From NCBI GenBank assembly GCA_051294905.1, contig JBPPKV010000017.1, positions 1,302,001 to 1,366,000 on the forward strand: a stretch of DNA of 64,000 nucleotides. The letters run 5' to 3'. Shown here one piece after another: positions 24,699-38,495 of this stretch. Numbering within the stretch: the first letter of the stretch is position 1; the number at the start of each line of letters is the position of its first letter. The notes below the pieces were generated by a model. That model did no database searches. It was not told the DNA's origin and worked only from the letters and a program-made list of their open reading frames with translations. The DNA is from Botryllus schlosseri (lineage: Eukaryota). The position numbers were made by a program, and so were the translations under genes.

Positions 24699-27600
24699 GT
24701 GTGTGCATTTTCTCTTGTTTATCGGAAATGTGGTGGAGTATTTCTCCGCGATTGCATGCTTGGTAACTTTACGAGTGTCTTCTGCGTTGAAAGTGTGACT
24801 TTTTGGTGGGAATAATATAGCCAACTGCACATATTGGAATTTTGAGTCGATACTGACACCAATATCACATAGTTTCGACGATAAAACCTACATTTTTCCC
24901 AGTATGTAGAAGTGACGTATTAAAGCTAGAATTTCTAATTACTGGCCGTAATTCAAGAGCTCTATCCAATAAATACACCTATCAATTGACATTGTTGCAG
25001 GCATCTGAATGTGGCATATTTTAAGTATAACTTGAAATTATCGCCACGGTATTCATTTAAGAAATAGCCTATTTTCCATATAAACTCCTATTTAAAGACT
25101 GACAAAACTGACATCTAAATTTAACTTAGCTCAACAAGAACTTTCAATTCCTGGCAGCCATTTTTCAAATATGCCATGCCATGTATAATCCTAGTTATAA
25201 ACTGATTAATCCAAAAGTTTTGTCGGCTTATTTCAGGTGAAACTTCTAATTATTGGCAGTCATTTAAGAAGTATATCCCACAAAACTCGTAACTGATATT
25301 TTTGTAGACATCAAAATATGACATACGGTATTTTAACGTCTTATTAGTGACAGTCACTTGCGAGCTATATTCCACACAGCACCTAATTTTCCGACTGTTA
25401 AATTACATTTTAGCAGCTATAAAAATGTGCCATATTCTAGCGCTATAATTCCTAATTAATGGCAGTCATTTGCGAAATATATACCTTAGCCTAAACTTTT
25501 ATTCATAGACATTCATTTGAAGATTATATGATTTATATCTCATATAAAATCCTATTTGTAAACCGGTACAATAATACTACAGCTGAGTAAGAAACTAGTA
25601 CTTTCGGCCCAACAGGCATACACTGCAATCAGGAAATACAGGTTTCCAAGCAATTTTACTACAAATTAAACGACTATAGTACGAAAAGGCTACATGAATT
25701 CAACGGTATAACGGTACATGATGTCACTTTGAACTGATGTAAGAGGTATGACATCATCGGACAGCCCAATAAATATCTGCCAAAGAGTCAACTGGACATC
25801 AATGTTTGTAAGAAGACAGCACAACCGGTTCACTGGTATATTTGGCAGACTTCAAGATATCAGTAATTGCTGGCCATGATTTTTCTTTCTCTTCATCGCA
25901 GGATAAATTAAAGTGGATTAAAACGCCACCCTGTAGCTTATAATTTCGCGATAAGCTATATAAATTTAACCTAATGCTCCACTTGTAACATCATAGACTC
26001 CTGACTTCCTCGCGATGCAGATGCGACCGCGATGTTTTATAGGCTCAGCGCGAGCTGCAAATTTAGAGCAGGGTGCGCAGATGCGTTGAAAACGGAACAG
26101 TCTATTTTTTCACCATATGTTTTTTCTTAATTTAGCAGCGCTCAAACGTCATCCGGTGTGGTGCAACGTAGCGTGTGGAATCAGAGTAGTTTCGCTAAGT
26201 TACGGAAGCTTCGGGGCTGCTTTTTATGACGTTTCAGGATATGTGATAGATAACTGGGGACAACTCATTTGAACTATTACAGCGCGTCACTGATGGTTGC
26301 CTATAGTTTTTAGCAGCATTTTTGACATAATACATGCTGGCTAATGAGCAGATGTTAAGTTGAATTTTTTAGTCAATAATTTCATCTATACGTTATCATA
26401 GATGTGTGCCTTTGTCGATACAGAAATGCTCGTTTCAAGTTATCAACGGACACTAGACAGCTGCAAATAGCAATCAGTGATTCTCCACATAATTTACGCA
26501 ATATATTTACAACGTCGCGATCCATATATAACTTCTTTGCTCCAAGTAATTGTGTAGTTAACCTGTACAATTACATACCGTCAATTTCTATTTCTGTCTC
26601 TCTGTATTCAGTTAATTACCTTAATGCTCATAACTTCACTTCTATTGTCCGAAACTCGCGGAGCTTGACTCCATTCCTTGCTCGTTTGTAGCTTTTCGCC
26701 TCGACTTATTAGCGCGCGGTCTAGTATTTATATCGTATCCAAAGCGATCAGTTTCATCCGCGGTTGTTCAGTTAGATAGTGTTTAATTGAAATTGACGTT
26801 TCTGCTCGAAAACTGGTACGAATATTCCAGTGAATCGCGACATAGCTGTGGCTTATTAACGCGAAATGACGAGAAACCTCAACCGATTCTACTAGCAAGC
26901 TATTGATGCCAAACTTTATTGTCCAACCAACGCACCTCGCTTTGTAATTTAAACAAATTTGACACTTTTCAATTCGCAACTAACTTGTAAGCCTGTAGCA
27001 AGAGACATAATAATACACAGACATCCACATTAATTCTTCGAAAACAGCAGAAGTCAATTGTGGTTAAATTCTTAGCAGGAAACAACGCAGTGTCTATTAC
27101 ATCCGCCTACCCTCAATACTTCATTCTGGCCTCAAGAATTGTCAGTCACAGACTTTGAACTGTCAAGGCATAGCCTACCTCCAATTTACATTTCTCAACT
27201 ATTATTGTAAATATAAATATCAGGTGCGCCGAAGAGCATCCACTGTAACCGAACGCAGATCATTAATCCCTCTGAAAACGACGAATCCAACGTAACGCGC
27301 AGTCGACCATTTTGTACTGCCCGAGAATGCATCAAGTAAGCAGATCATCTAACCACGTTACCGGAATAAAATAGCCATTTAAAAAAATAAAATCATTGAT
27401 GCCGGTGGCACTTTTGTAACATATATATAATCAAACCACTGTAGATTTAGTATTTGATCGAGATGTTCCCCGCTGCCAACGATGTGTATAATATTCGGCG
27501 CCGTGGCAGCGGGTTTTCAATATGAACCACTGACTACCAAGAACGGGATTCCTGCAGATGGATACCTCGGAGATTACCGCGAATTCACACGTTACCGAAA

Positions 27601-28873
27601 TTAGATCACATAATATTATTATCCCTAGTAAATATAAATATAGAGTATTAGGAAGCAAGGGATTCAGTTAAGCAGTGAGCACTTTCTCTTGTAATGACAT
27701 ACATACCAGTATTTCACAGAAAGGGTTCCGTCGAGTTCCTAAGAGCTTAACCATCCAGCTCTGATCATAAAACTTACCGCCATTTACGGGTTATTCCGAG
27801 CATAGCTGGCTCCTCAAACAGATGACAGTTTCCAAATAATAATTTGCATTGTTCTATGTACCTGCAAAAAACGGCGTTTCTCAGTTTTAAAACAAGAATT
27901 GCTGCAGACGCTCGTGCCCTTCAGGAAGTTTGAAGTTCTGACACGATTGGGATATCCGTATTTTCGGCCGGTCGAATTCGTGTTATGGCAAATCTATAGC
28001 GTTTACATTACTGGTAAACGGACGCATCTTCATACCACTATATCCAGACGCAGTGCGGTTAATTCAAACTGCCCTACCTTATCAATACTGAAAACTGGAA
28101 TGTTTTGGGTGCCATTGGTAACTTCTCAGCCAAGATCTGCGTCTCACGACACTACGTATTTTTGCTGTGACATCTTAACCTTAACGCACGCAACACAGAC
28201 AACAATCTATTTCCCAATCCCGCTCCTGAAATTTCTAGCGTAGTAATCAATTGACTACCGAAACAATTGTTTACCGGATAACCGACTAATAACTTTTACA
28301 TCACCATCAAATTAAGCTTCAATGATGAAACTCATTTGATCGTAAAGTCATTGCGACACACAACGTATCTACTAGCTCCTCTTACGTCAGTTATTCTATC
28401 ATATGGAGTGTGAAAGTCATCGAGACCGCGCGCGTGGCGTAGGCATCGTAAATTCAAAATGGGGGCGTCGTTTTCCGAACGACTGGCGTGCGAACACATG
28501 CCGATGACAACCTTATAGAAAGATGACAGCTAACGACAGGCTTTGGGAACGTTACGCGCCCGAGAATGCGATAGATTAGCATGCAGTGACACGCGTCGGC
28601 AATATTATAGATGCAGGACTCGAAGGCTTATCTGCAATGTTGAATGCGTAGACTGCATCGGCTATATTTAGGCGAAAAGTCTGCACTTTTGATTCGACAT
28701 AACAATCACACCTGGTCATAGATAAGCACTTTATATAGGATAGGTATACCCCATTCTTAACAGAGTCGGGGCATATAGTGTTACTGTGGGGCAACTACAG
28801 TAAGGACGGAAAGCAGTTAAAGAACAAAGGCAAAATCTTTTCCCGGCAGCACGATTGCTGGTAGCGTCATACT

Positions 28874-29240
28874 TAGGCTTACCATATTTTGGGAATCTAA
28901 CAAGAGGACACTTTTTCAGAACTTTGAGACAGGCAAAACCGGATAAGAATTCTCAAAAACCGGTGAATTTTTACCCACTTTGTGATCGGTTGACTAAAAA
29001 AAGGTCATCTTTCCGCTCAGATCTCAAAATACCGTTTTTCGCTCCGAAATACCCTCCGGAGCGTCACTTCTGTACTAATTTACGGCATATCACTCGCAAT
29101 TTGCCCTACATCTGACCAAAATTTTCAAGAAAGAGGACAAAATCTCAAAAAAGAGGACAAAAGGCCGTCCTACGAGGACACTTTCAAAAAAGTCAAAAAA
29201 GAGGACATATCCTCTTAAAAGAGGACGTACGGTAAGCCTA
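28874..29240. mobile_element. hAT-type MITE, 367 bp (gaggac subterminal repeats)
   Basis: TIRs taggcttacc / ggtaagccta; no clear TSD. Left-end fragments of a related family (tagggttacca) at ~2258-2315 and ~51176-51235. Confidence 0.7.
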
Positions 29241-29538
29241 GATTAGCAATTATGTTGCCGTTTCATGCTATGAAGCGACAACAAATCTGCGAATGTAGCA
29301 TCACTCGCCCATGAATCACGTGATGAGCAGCTATCCGTAGGTTAGTTAGTTTACATCACTGAGCTCAGTGGTCTAGCCCCATCTGGCGACGAGATATCAA
29401 CACTACTACGAATACACATTGTTTCGAACAAAGCCGGAATTAAAATAATGAATAAACCAATAAATATATGCAAATGTTATGAACTCCGTTGCAATCAAAA
29501 TTTACACATCCTAATCGCGGCTTGAACTGTGAGTGGCA

Positions 29539-32220
29539 CTATAGAGTATGACTGGAGTGACGACTCGATTGTTCTCCCATTGTTAGCCGGCAGAATGGTC
29601 ACGGTCAGATGGCTGCACCCAAAACAGGATAGCTCAGTGCTTGTTTCAATGGCGTTCAAGGCGATTGGTCTGTATTTCTTGAAGTTGCGGCGGACTTAGT
29701 TAGACAGTTCAACATTTAGGTAGCGGTGGCGAGTCGTTATGACTAGTGAATATTACCGTGTAGCCTATGTTACATTTCTCACGAGATTGATGTGATATTG
29801 TGGCTTTGATCATTTATAGACTTTGCTACGTATATAAATATAATGACAGAAGGTATAATATAGAATATCTGGTTCGTGTGCAGCGGCTATTGTGAGATGA
29901 ATTCATGGAAAGGACGACAGAAGAATACTACAAAGTGAACAAGTGGAAAGATCTTGAACTATATCTATATGCAGTTCACAATATCTTTGATTGAAAATAT
30001 GTCCTAGATATTAACTGCAGAAATTCGAGTACGAATATAACAAATAATATCGCAACAGTCTTGTGGTCTTGTATGCCTGTGCGATTGTCTAATAACCGCA
30101 GAAACTTTAGTATGACTAGAACCAGGGCTTTGTGTAATGTTAATGTTCTGCTTGATCTCGATTCACAATAGTCAGCTCAGAGCTTACTCCTAGGAAGTAT
30201 GCAAAATCGCACTTGAATGGAACTCGTTGTCTACTAGAATACCCTGAAATTCGCGTGGAAGATCTCGACATTTGTAGAAAGCCAATGCACTACGTCAAGT
30301 TTCGACTAACACATTGGTTTCTTTTTTTAGGTAGGGAATATCAATGTGGATAGGCAACATTTGCCACAGAGAGAAAAAACTACAATACTAACACGGGTCC
30401 ATCTACTTCGTGAATGTCGGCAATGTCGGCGCAATGTCTACTAACACTACCAGAAAATACATTCGCTGCATCTTTTCCTGGTCACGGGTTCCTGGCAGAC
30501 TTTTGTCCAAGGATTTTGATCACCATAAGCATATGTTGTATTGGCACCTATCCCTCTCTTTATAGCCTTACGCTGGCATAAAGGCATTTACTGGGTAACT
30601 GACTTGGCTAATATCTGGATTCCTGCTGCATCTCATCAAAGACCACTGTTAAAAGGCAATCATTAATTCAGGTCAACATTCTTGAATAATATTAATGAAT
30701 GTCAACTGAAGTTACCAAAGATACAAATGCTGCTTCCAGAATATCTTGTGTTAAGACTCTGAAAGATACTGGTTCCATAACACCATTCAAAAGCCAAATT
30801 GCTAGCTTGACCATGTTCTTGGTCCATATTTGTATGGAACTCTGAACTTGGTGTTCACTTTTGGCCTTCTTGAAATTGGATGTAAATTTCACCTACTTGT
30901 TACTAGTGGTAACTAGAGTGGAACCACATAGTCGGGTGGTTATAATGGGGCCCATGAACATGGATGTATTTCCTGCCAAAAATCTCAACATTCGTAACAG
31001 ATATGCTGGAAAATATAAGAATATTTCAATCTCAAAATTGCTTCGTGGGCCGGATGAATTCGTGTGGCGGGCCGGAGGCGGCCCGCGGGTCGTATCTTTG
31101 AAACCCCTGCTTTACATTATAGTAAACCCCACAGTGATAGCAGTAGCAATTGTCAAATTGGTAAAGAAATATCATGGCTTATACAATTCCAACAATAACA
31201 GGTAAAGAAATACCATGGCTTATACAATTCCAACAATAACAAAAAAGCGAAGACTTTCAACAGCATCATCATTGAAACAAGAGATTTGAAAGTATAGAAA
31301 ATGGTGCTAAAAGAGCATATTGTTCATTATTTTAAGCTATCTCGCTAACATTTGGAAGACTTTTTTTGCTTCTCGTGCAATGCAAACTTCGCAAAATTGT
31401 GAGAACAGATGTTATTCAAGTGTTTCTTTGCCTTGTCCATGACATCCTCAACCTCATTTGGCTCTGAACCAAATTGAAGTGATACAGTGTAAATCAATTC
31501 GTTATAGAATGGATCGCATTGAATTGCCTCAAGTACCCTGAAAAAATTCATCTTTTTCAGGGGTTTGGTAATTTCTTTACTGTGGATAACATAAAAGCGG
31601 AGAACTATGCCATGAAACTGTTCAGACAGGCTCTTCAATCCACCCTCTTTCTTCTACATCACTTTAATGAGGTTTCCCGATGGCGCTGCAGTTGTTACTT
31701 GTTAGGCATGTGGCAATTGCTTCGTTGGCTTGCTTAGAAATGGCTCCCAAAAGCATTCCACCAATATATTGAAGTATGTCTAAAAACACATCAAAGTTTT
31801 TCCATAGAAAGGCCAAGTATAGGCAAAATACTCACCAGATTCCTTGCTGTTGACTCCAATGTCTGTGATTGGATGCTGCTCTTTACTCTGCCAGTCATCC
31901 CCAAATGCCAAAGTGACGCGGCCGAATGAGCCATGACACCGACTACTATGCGTGACTAATTATCATCTAATTCTGGCGAAAAATATAACAGAGGCTACAC
32001 GGTATTATTCACTAGTCATAACGACTCGCCGCCGCTACCTAAATGTTCAACTGTTTAACTAAATCCGACGCAACTTCAAGAAATACACGGCGAATCGCCT
32101 TGAACGCCATTGAAACAAGCACTGAACGATCCTGTTTTGGGTGCAGCCATCTGACCGTGACCATTCTGCCGGCTAACAATGGGAGAACAATCGAGTCGTC
32201 ACTCCAGTCATACTCTATAG
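29539..32220. mobile_element. DNA transposon derivative with ~228-bp terminal inverted repeats (2.7 kb), superfamily unresolved
   Basis: 29539-29766 matches the reverse complement of 31992-32220 with few mismatches. Left flank reads CACTATAG (29537). Interior holds a decayed minus-strand spliced ORF. Confidence 0.85.
30340..31920 (-). pseudogene. Decayed transposon-borne gene: P-element C-terminal-like motif and a Cys-rich, possibly PHD-like end
   Basis: Exon ending at ~31836 (GTGAG donor); next exon ILQYIGGMLLGAI..C L..LIKVM*KKEGGLKSLSE; distal KVCQEP..CSEC..W..HCADI..CGKC. Interrupted by a MITE end (to 31109) and a 41-bp tandem duplication (31160-31241). Confidence 0.45.
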
Positions 32221-32573
32221 GACTATAGCAGTGATGAGCGGACTGCAATATTTTTCGGTCCAAGTCCGATCCTGAAAATTTTCAATTCAGTCCTAGTCCA
32301 TCCTGATCCAAAAATATTTTCAAAATTTACTGTCCAAGTCCAGTCCTGAAAATTTTCAATTCAGTCCAACTCCATCCTGATCCAAAAATATTTGCCAGAT
32401 TTTCAGTCCAACTACATCCTGATCCAAAAAAATTTCAAAATCTAATGTCCAATTCTACAACTGAAAAAACAGGACATGTTAGGGCCGTTATAAACACTGC
32501 ACACCCAATTCGATTCAATTCCAGCTTGTAGAAGCGAAGTTATAACAACACGAGAATTTTCAATATACTACAG

Positions 32574-34067
32574 CAGTGGTTCTCAACCTTTTTGGCTTCG
32601 CGGACCCCTTTTGACCGTCACGGACCCTCGCGGACCCCCTCAAGTTTTAGTTCAATTTTAGCTCTATTATGGCGCAACCTTCATATCTGTCTTGTGCAAA
32701 TATGAACTGTAGGCTTGCGATAAACAGTAAAATAATGATTTTTATTGAAAATAACATCATACTATTTATGTAGAAATTGGTAGACTTTTATTTTTTCAAA
32801 GCTAATTTTGCTGCTGTATTTCTTGAAGTACGTGGTCGTGTCTTGAAAATCAACGTCTTCGTTTTGATATGTGATACGAGTAGTGCCGAAAACCATTTCC
32901 GCAAAGATAGATGGAGGCTAATGCAATATTAACGCACAGCGCTTCCGACGATACTTTTGGTGTGATCGTAACATTTTTGGCGCTAAAATGAAGAAACATA
33001 TATTTTATGAACATATCACGTCCAGCATCTAGCGCAGCGACGGGCAACATGCGGACCGCGGGCCGGATTGAGCCCGCGACGGCATTTTGATCGGCCCGCA
33101 GAGAGTTTCTACCGTCAACGTGAAATCTTAATCAAAAAGTATAGACGAATTTTATACGCCAAATAATGGAACCAAGTATTCCAACCTGAGAAAGACTGTC
33201 ATGATACGACTTGTTTTGTTCGGGTTTACATATATATTTACGAGCAAACATTTTCGACCATAAACAATTGAACATTAACAAGACAAGGTTGCATACCAAT
33301 ATAATTGGTGATATGAATTTCAGGGTTGGAGCGTAATGCTTTGATAGCCACGAAACACTCATTGTTCATCAAAAAACCAGCCTTGTGGATATAGGGCATC
33401 CGCAATAAAAATGAGACAAATCTGATAGCCGAGCTTTAAGAGCAGGTATATCATTGTCCGATTTATGACGAGTGTCAGCCGAAAATATTCGGGTTCATTT
33501 CAATATGAATATACAATTCAATTGTATATTGAAGTTCTGTACCTCCAAGAAGCTGTTCAAATAGTGGTTAATGTAGGACTATATCACAGGATAAAATGGA
33601 TTTCGTGGCGAGGTTTCAATCCCTGCATTGGGACAAATTAGGGAAATACTTCGGAAATTTTTATTTCAAACGACTGTACGTACACTAATTTGATGAGACT
33701 GACAACATCATATCGAGAAGGTTCGCAGACATTACGAAGTCACCCTGATTGACGTTATACTATCTCTATATTTTTATTTTTTTCACAAACCCCAGCAACA
33801 AAACGTCTCCAAACAGCAATATGTTTGTATCAGCAGGTTAATGGAAAATTGGCAATGAAAATGAATTTCCACTCTACGATAGTTCATGTCAGACAATTTA
33901 TTATGATGACATGAGTCATGAGGTTTTCGCAGTTGTGGTGCGAAACTGCCTCATGCTTTCTCAAATTAAAAAATAAAATAAAAATTAGGTTATCAACCAT
34001 TTTAAATATTTAGAGGTCTCGCGGACCCCCTGAAATTGCTTCGCGGACCCCCGGTTGAGAACCGCTG
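32574..34067. mobile_element. hAT-type MITE, 1494 bp
   Basis: TIRs CAGTGGTTCTCAACC / GGTTGAGAACCGCTG; perfect TSD TACTACAG; cgcggacccc subterminal repeats. Inserted just after the left arm of another MITE starting at 32229. Confidence 0.9.
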
Positions 34068-34200
34068 TACTACAGTATACACATTTTGGAACTAATGCAT
34101 TGTCTACCAACATTACCCGTTCATGGTGATCACCTATGTTACTCAGTCTTTTCATACGTCATCCTTTTTCTTTTATTTTTCTCTCGAATTGCCATTCCAT

Positions 34201-34480
34201 GACTCAACTATTTTCTAGTTACAAGGTTTCACTTTTTTCAGTTTACTCCAATTATGCACAATTCGTGCTACATTTGCTATCTATTATATACGTGACTCAG
34301 CTGATTTCTAGTTACGAGGTTTCACTTTTTTTCAGTTTACGCCAATTATGCACAATTCGTGCTACATTTGCTATCTATTATATACGTGACTCAGCTGATT
34401 TCTAGTTACGAGGTTTCACTTTTTTCAGTTTACGCCAATTATGCACAATTCGTGCTACATTTGCTATCTATTATATACGT
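34201..34480. repeat. Tandem repeat, 93-94-bp unit, 3 near-identical copies (partial 4th at ~34545-34580)
   Basis: Units start gactca at 34201, 34294 and 34388. Confidence 0.9.
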
Positions 34481-34754
34481 CGCAGTGCCTTTCCTATTTT
34501 TCTGTGTTACATATCATACTTACCATTACTCAGCTTATATTTAGTTAGTTACGAGGTTTCAGTTTTTCCATTTACGCCCAGTTCACTTGAAACCTATTAC
34601 AAACAATGCGTCGCCGGGATTATTTTTGTACGCCTGATACCTATCACAGATTTACTTAACGATTTACCACAATTATAACATCACACTTCACTAAAATTCC
34701 TATACAAACTAAATACATCTTGTATTTACAAGTAAATTTTAAGAATCAATTCTG

Positions 34755-37700
34755 TTACCTTACAATTCTGTAATTCTCCGTTGTGTTCCGTAGTACTCTT
34801 ATCGCCATCCCTTGCTCTGCTCCGTTTCGTCTCCTCGTGTTCCTCGTGCGACTTAAGGTTCTACGTCGACGACACTTTATATAACTTACCCATATCACAG
34901 TCAACAGAGCAATCAACCCTGTTACCGCCATTATTACAGCCACTGGTTCCAGTGTAAGTATCAGTTTCGCACCTTCCATAATCGTCCTATCGGTCAAAGA
35001 TAAGCCTCCTACCTTATATCCGTCTTCCATCCTCACCATTTTGTGTAGCCGTCAAATTTGTGGTTGTCTTTCCCGCGGTGGTTCTTGATAGTCTGGGATA
35101 TTCAGGTGCGGACGTTTCGAGCCCTTGGTTTTTCTGCCCAGTCTATAGCGATGCGTCATCCATCGTTGACGTCAAGATAGTAGTCATTAGTTCGACACTC
35201 TTCGTGGATGAGTCGTCGTTGTTGTCACCTGATAAATACAAAATGAATGTTTCGGTACTTGCCTTATGGTTGTGATCCGGATCTTGGTAGTCCGTTCCGA
35301 TGCCAATCCCGCCGTCATCCGTGGAGTCCTGAAGAGCGTCCGTAGTGGTAACTGGAAGTACACGCGTTGCCCTAGGTGCTTCACCGCTGGTTTGCATCGT
35401 TTTCTCGGGTTGGTTACGTGCGCGAGTTTGCAACTGCTGCCTCCCATGAGCAGCAGTCACAGTTTGTATTCTTTTACATGCATCGGTTGCGATCGTGTAA
35501 CTTACACCAGCGTCGTTTCCATCCGCCATACCAGAGCTATGGGTAGTAGGTGTTTCAGCGTTGTAGTGCACGAATCATGGGCTTTCGCCGCTGGAGTTAT
35601 CCACGTCTAACTGTAGTAAGCGATCATGTACACGTCTTGGGAAGGGGGTTTTCTTGTTACCATCGAGTGCGGCTCGCCTTGTCTTGTAGTCATTCATTCG
35701 TTTTCTCAGGAACAACAAAAATAGCCAATTTTCATTCGGCAAAACCTTGTTCAATAATACCAAAATCAGTTATTATCTATTGCTTCCTTTAGTGCCTTCG
35801 CCTGACCCTCCCGCGTCAGTTTATAAGGGCCAGAAACGAAAGGCTTGGTCGAGGGGTTCTTACGTTCGATGTCGCATTGGTATTTCATGGATTGGGGGGC
35901 GCTGAGGTGGCCCCGCAGGTCATCAAGTTCGGAAGTAAACTGGATCATAAACGGCTGTCAAGACTCCTTCAGGAATGGCGATATTTTCTAGGCTATAGTC
36001 AAAAGTCAGGAGTTTTGTATGACAGTTTCGCCAGTGCTACCGATTGTGCACAGATACTTTTGAGTTCCGTCTTCACGCTGGGACTGGTGTCTTGTTGTAA
36101 GGTCACATAGTAATTGGGCCAGTTATTGGCCCAATGCGAATCTCGTGATGAACGGGGTTTTGGTGTTGGTGGAGAGAGGGCGAGGTTCTTCGTTTTCAGC
36201 GGGGATTCCCGACCTATTCAATCTGACCTCTGATCTCGGCGTGTGCCCACGCCTACTGTCACGCCGGCGGACTCGGTCGCCGCCGGGGGCCCGTTTCTGG
36301 GGAGACGTGCATCTTAAAATCCCCAGACTCCTTGCCGGACATGACCGGGCGTGTATCCGGTTGACCGACAATAGCTGCTTCGTTTGAACCTTTTGGTAAA
36401 TTACTCATAACTGTGGCTGTCGTCATGCATCTTTGGGTCGAATTGTTACAGTTATTCGGACAAGTGCATCCACGAGAGCTTTCAGGACCAGTTTTCTCGT
36501 GCAGGTCCTTATTTACGTCAGCCGGGATTCCGCGCTCGACGTCTTCATTATTGGTGCCGTCAGGGATTCCTGACTCGACACATCTTTAGTTAGTGCCAAC
36601 AGTGCTAACTGACCCGACACTTTCTCGACTAGTGCCAGCAGGGGCTACCTGACCCAACACTAGGGATTTCCCATATTTTTTGACGTTTTGGGAAAGAAGG
36701 TAAGACAGTTGCCGTCGTAAGATCGGCGTATTTATGATTGGTGCCAGCAGGGATTCCTGACTCGACACATTTCGCGCCAGTGGTGATTACCATCTCGACA
36801 CTTGCGCCAGCGGCCTGCGGCGACACAGACAACGTGCCGGCTCGACGCTTATTTGATTTGCAGCTTCCATCAACCCATCATCGGTTACAGTGTCGCGAAG
36901 ACTGCTTCCGACTTTGGTTCCGTCCCCTTGATCACACGAGATCCAGTCATGAAGCGTTACTAAAGACAACTCTTCGTTTGCATTAGGCGGAGATTCAAAT
37001 TCAGTCGCTATGTTTGGTAATTGTTGTACCTGATCAATCCATTTTAGAACTACTATATCGAGAGGTCTCCTTTCTCGATCGTAAACGGAGCCGATAGTCC
37101 GTCGAAATTGATTATTACTAAGGAGTCAACGTGGGAGGAGTCACCCATATCACGTAGTTTTATGTCTATAGGTTGTCGCTCCTCCCAGCTTGGCGGGTAT
37201 TTGGTTTCGACAACGTTTTTCAATCTGAGGACGCTTCCCGTGCCGGCGCAGAATTTCGTACCAGTTGTGACCCTTCGACGATCTTTTCTTTTCATAGATT
37301 GGCGTTCGCAGATAGTAAGGAGGTAATCGATGTGTTCGTCTTCAGACTCTCCCCCATCCACTGAAATTGCCAAGAAATGACGCTGAGCCCCGGAAGACCA
37401 GTTGGTGCCTCCATTTGATTATAGTGTAGCTTCATGGCGCTTGCCATGCAAGTATTCCACACTTGGTTCGATTTACTTCACAGAGCTCAACCCCATCTCC
37501 TGGCTTTTCCACATTTTTCCACACCCCTTATACAACCCGGTTTTGTCGACGTTGATTATAACATTGGTTGTAGATAGATTGATCGAACGAAGCAGTGACC
37601 TTGGAAGGTCCAGCGGCTCAAATTATTCATACAATAGACAAGCCCCTTGGCTTAATTCAACCAACATACTCCAATAATTATCATGCAGACAGCAATGAAG

Positions 37701-37928
37701 TATCTATGCAAAACTCGGTTAAGTTGGCACACGGAACATACGTCAATCACAACACGAGTCAAGATTTAACCTATTCATATTCATGCACGATTAATAACAG
37801 TTCAATACTCCAAGGTGTGTTTACACCATAAATATGACGGTATTTCCTGTCGACAATATACATGCATATAATACACAAGAAATATGCCAAACGATGCCAC
37901 AAAAAAAACAATACCACACAGAGTTCAA
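34755..37928 (-). pseudogene. Decayed intronless type-I membrane glycoprotein-like ORF (~1050 codons)
   Basis: Collinear ORF fragments linked by stops and frameshifts: hydrophobic N-terminus (NSVWYCFFCGIVWHISCVLYACILSTG), Cys-containing segments, CVESGIP(A/D)GTN repeats, Thr/Ser-rich stalk, TM PVAVIMAVTGLIALLTVIWVSYI, basic tail KCRRRRTLSRTRNTRRR. No homologue recognised. Confidence 0.55.
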
Positions 37929-37988
37929 GTTGACCAATTTGCCGACCTCCTTGTTTATAAGAGTTCCCCAATCTTCCAGATGCAGATA

Positions 37989-38495
37989 TCAAACCGCAAT
38001 TAGTCCAGGAACCGACCCCTTGTTTGAGTCGTTAGGATCATCAAGTAGCCTACTTGCGTGCTGTCGATTCGGAGATTGGGCATTCCAAGTCCAACAGAAC
38101 GCGGGGTTTGTTGAGGGTTCGTTGTAACGATATTCCGAATGCAATACCTCTATGTTCTTGGCTCTTTCCATCTTTAGCTCATCGGCTTTATGGAGCGATT
38201 CCAGCAAATTTAATCGAGCTTCTTCATTTATGTATACATTGCAATTTCGGTTAGCAGTCGCTCCCATTTCATCGCACTGCTTTATTTCTGTATACTTTGC
38301 AACTGCAGCAAGCAGCCGTTCCAATCAATAACATGTCAAGATTTTTCAGAGGGACATCGGAACATCACCCTTCAATCTCAAAAGACGTCAAAGCCTTCCG
38401 CAATGCCTCCGTCAATGTCCGGTTTTCTCGATATAGTCTGCTACTGGATGCTTCGTTTGGGGCTCTGTTTCAGATTGGCGAATTTACACTGGCAT
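37989..38495 (-). pseudogene. Decayed intronless ORF of unknown function upstream of the glycoprotein-like ORF
   Basis: 111-codon open stretch (38324-37989), in frame with an ATG at 38495 through several stops; TATAAA about 50 nt upstream (~38547-38552). Confidence 0.35.

Noticed and set aside
34755-38495. TGA=Trp genetic code or APOBEC-style hypermutation in the cassette
   Set aside because: TAA and TAG stops and frameshifts also occur. Ordinary G>A/C>T decay of TGG, CGA and CAR codons explains the pattern.
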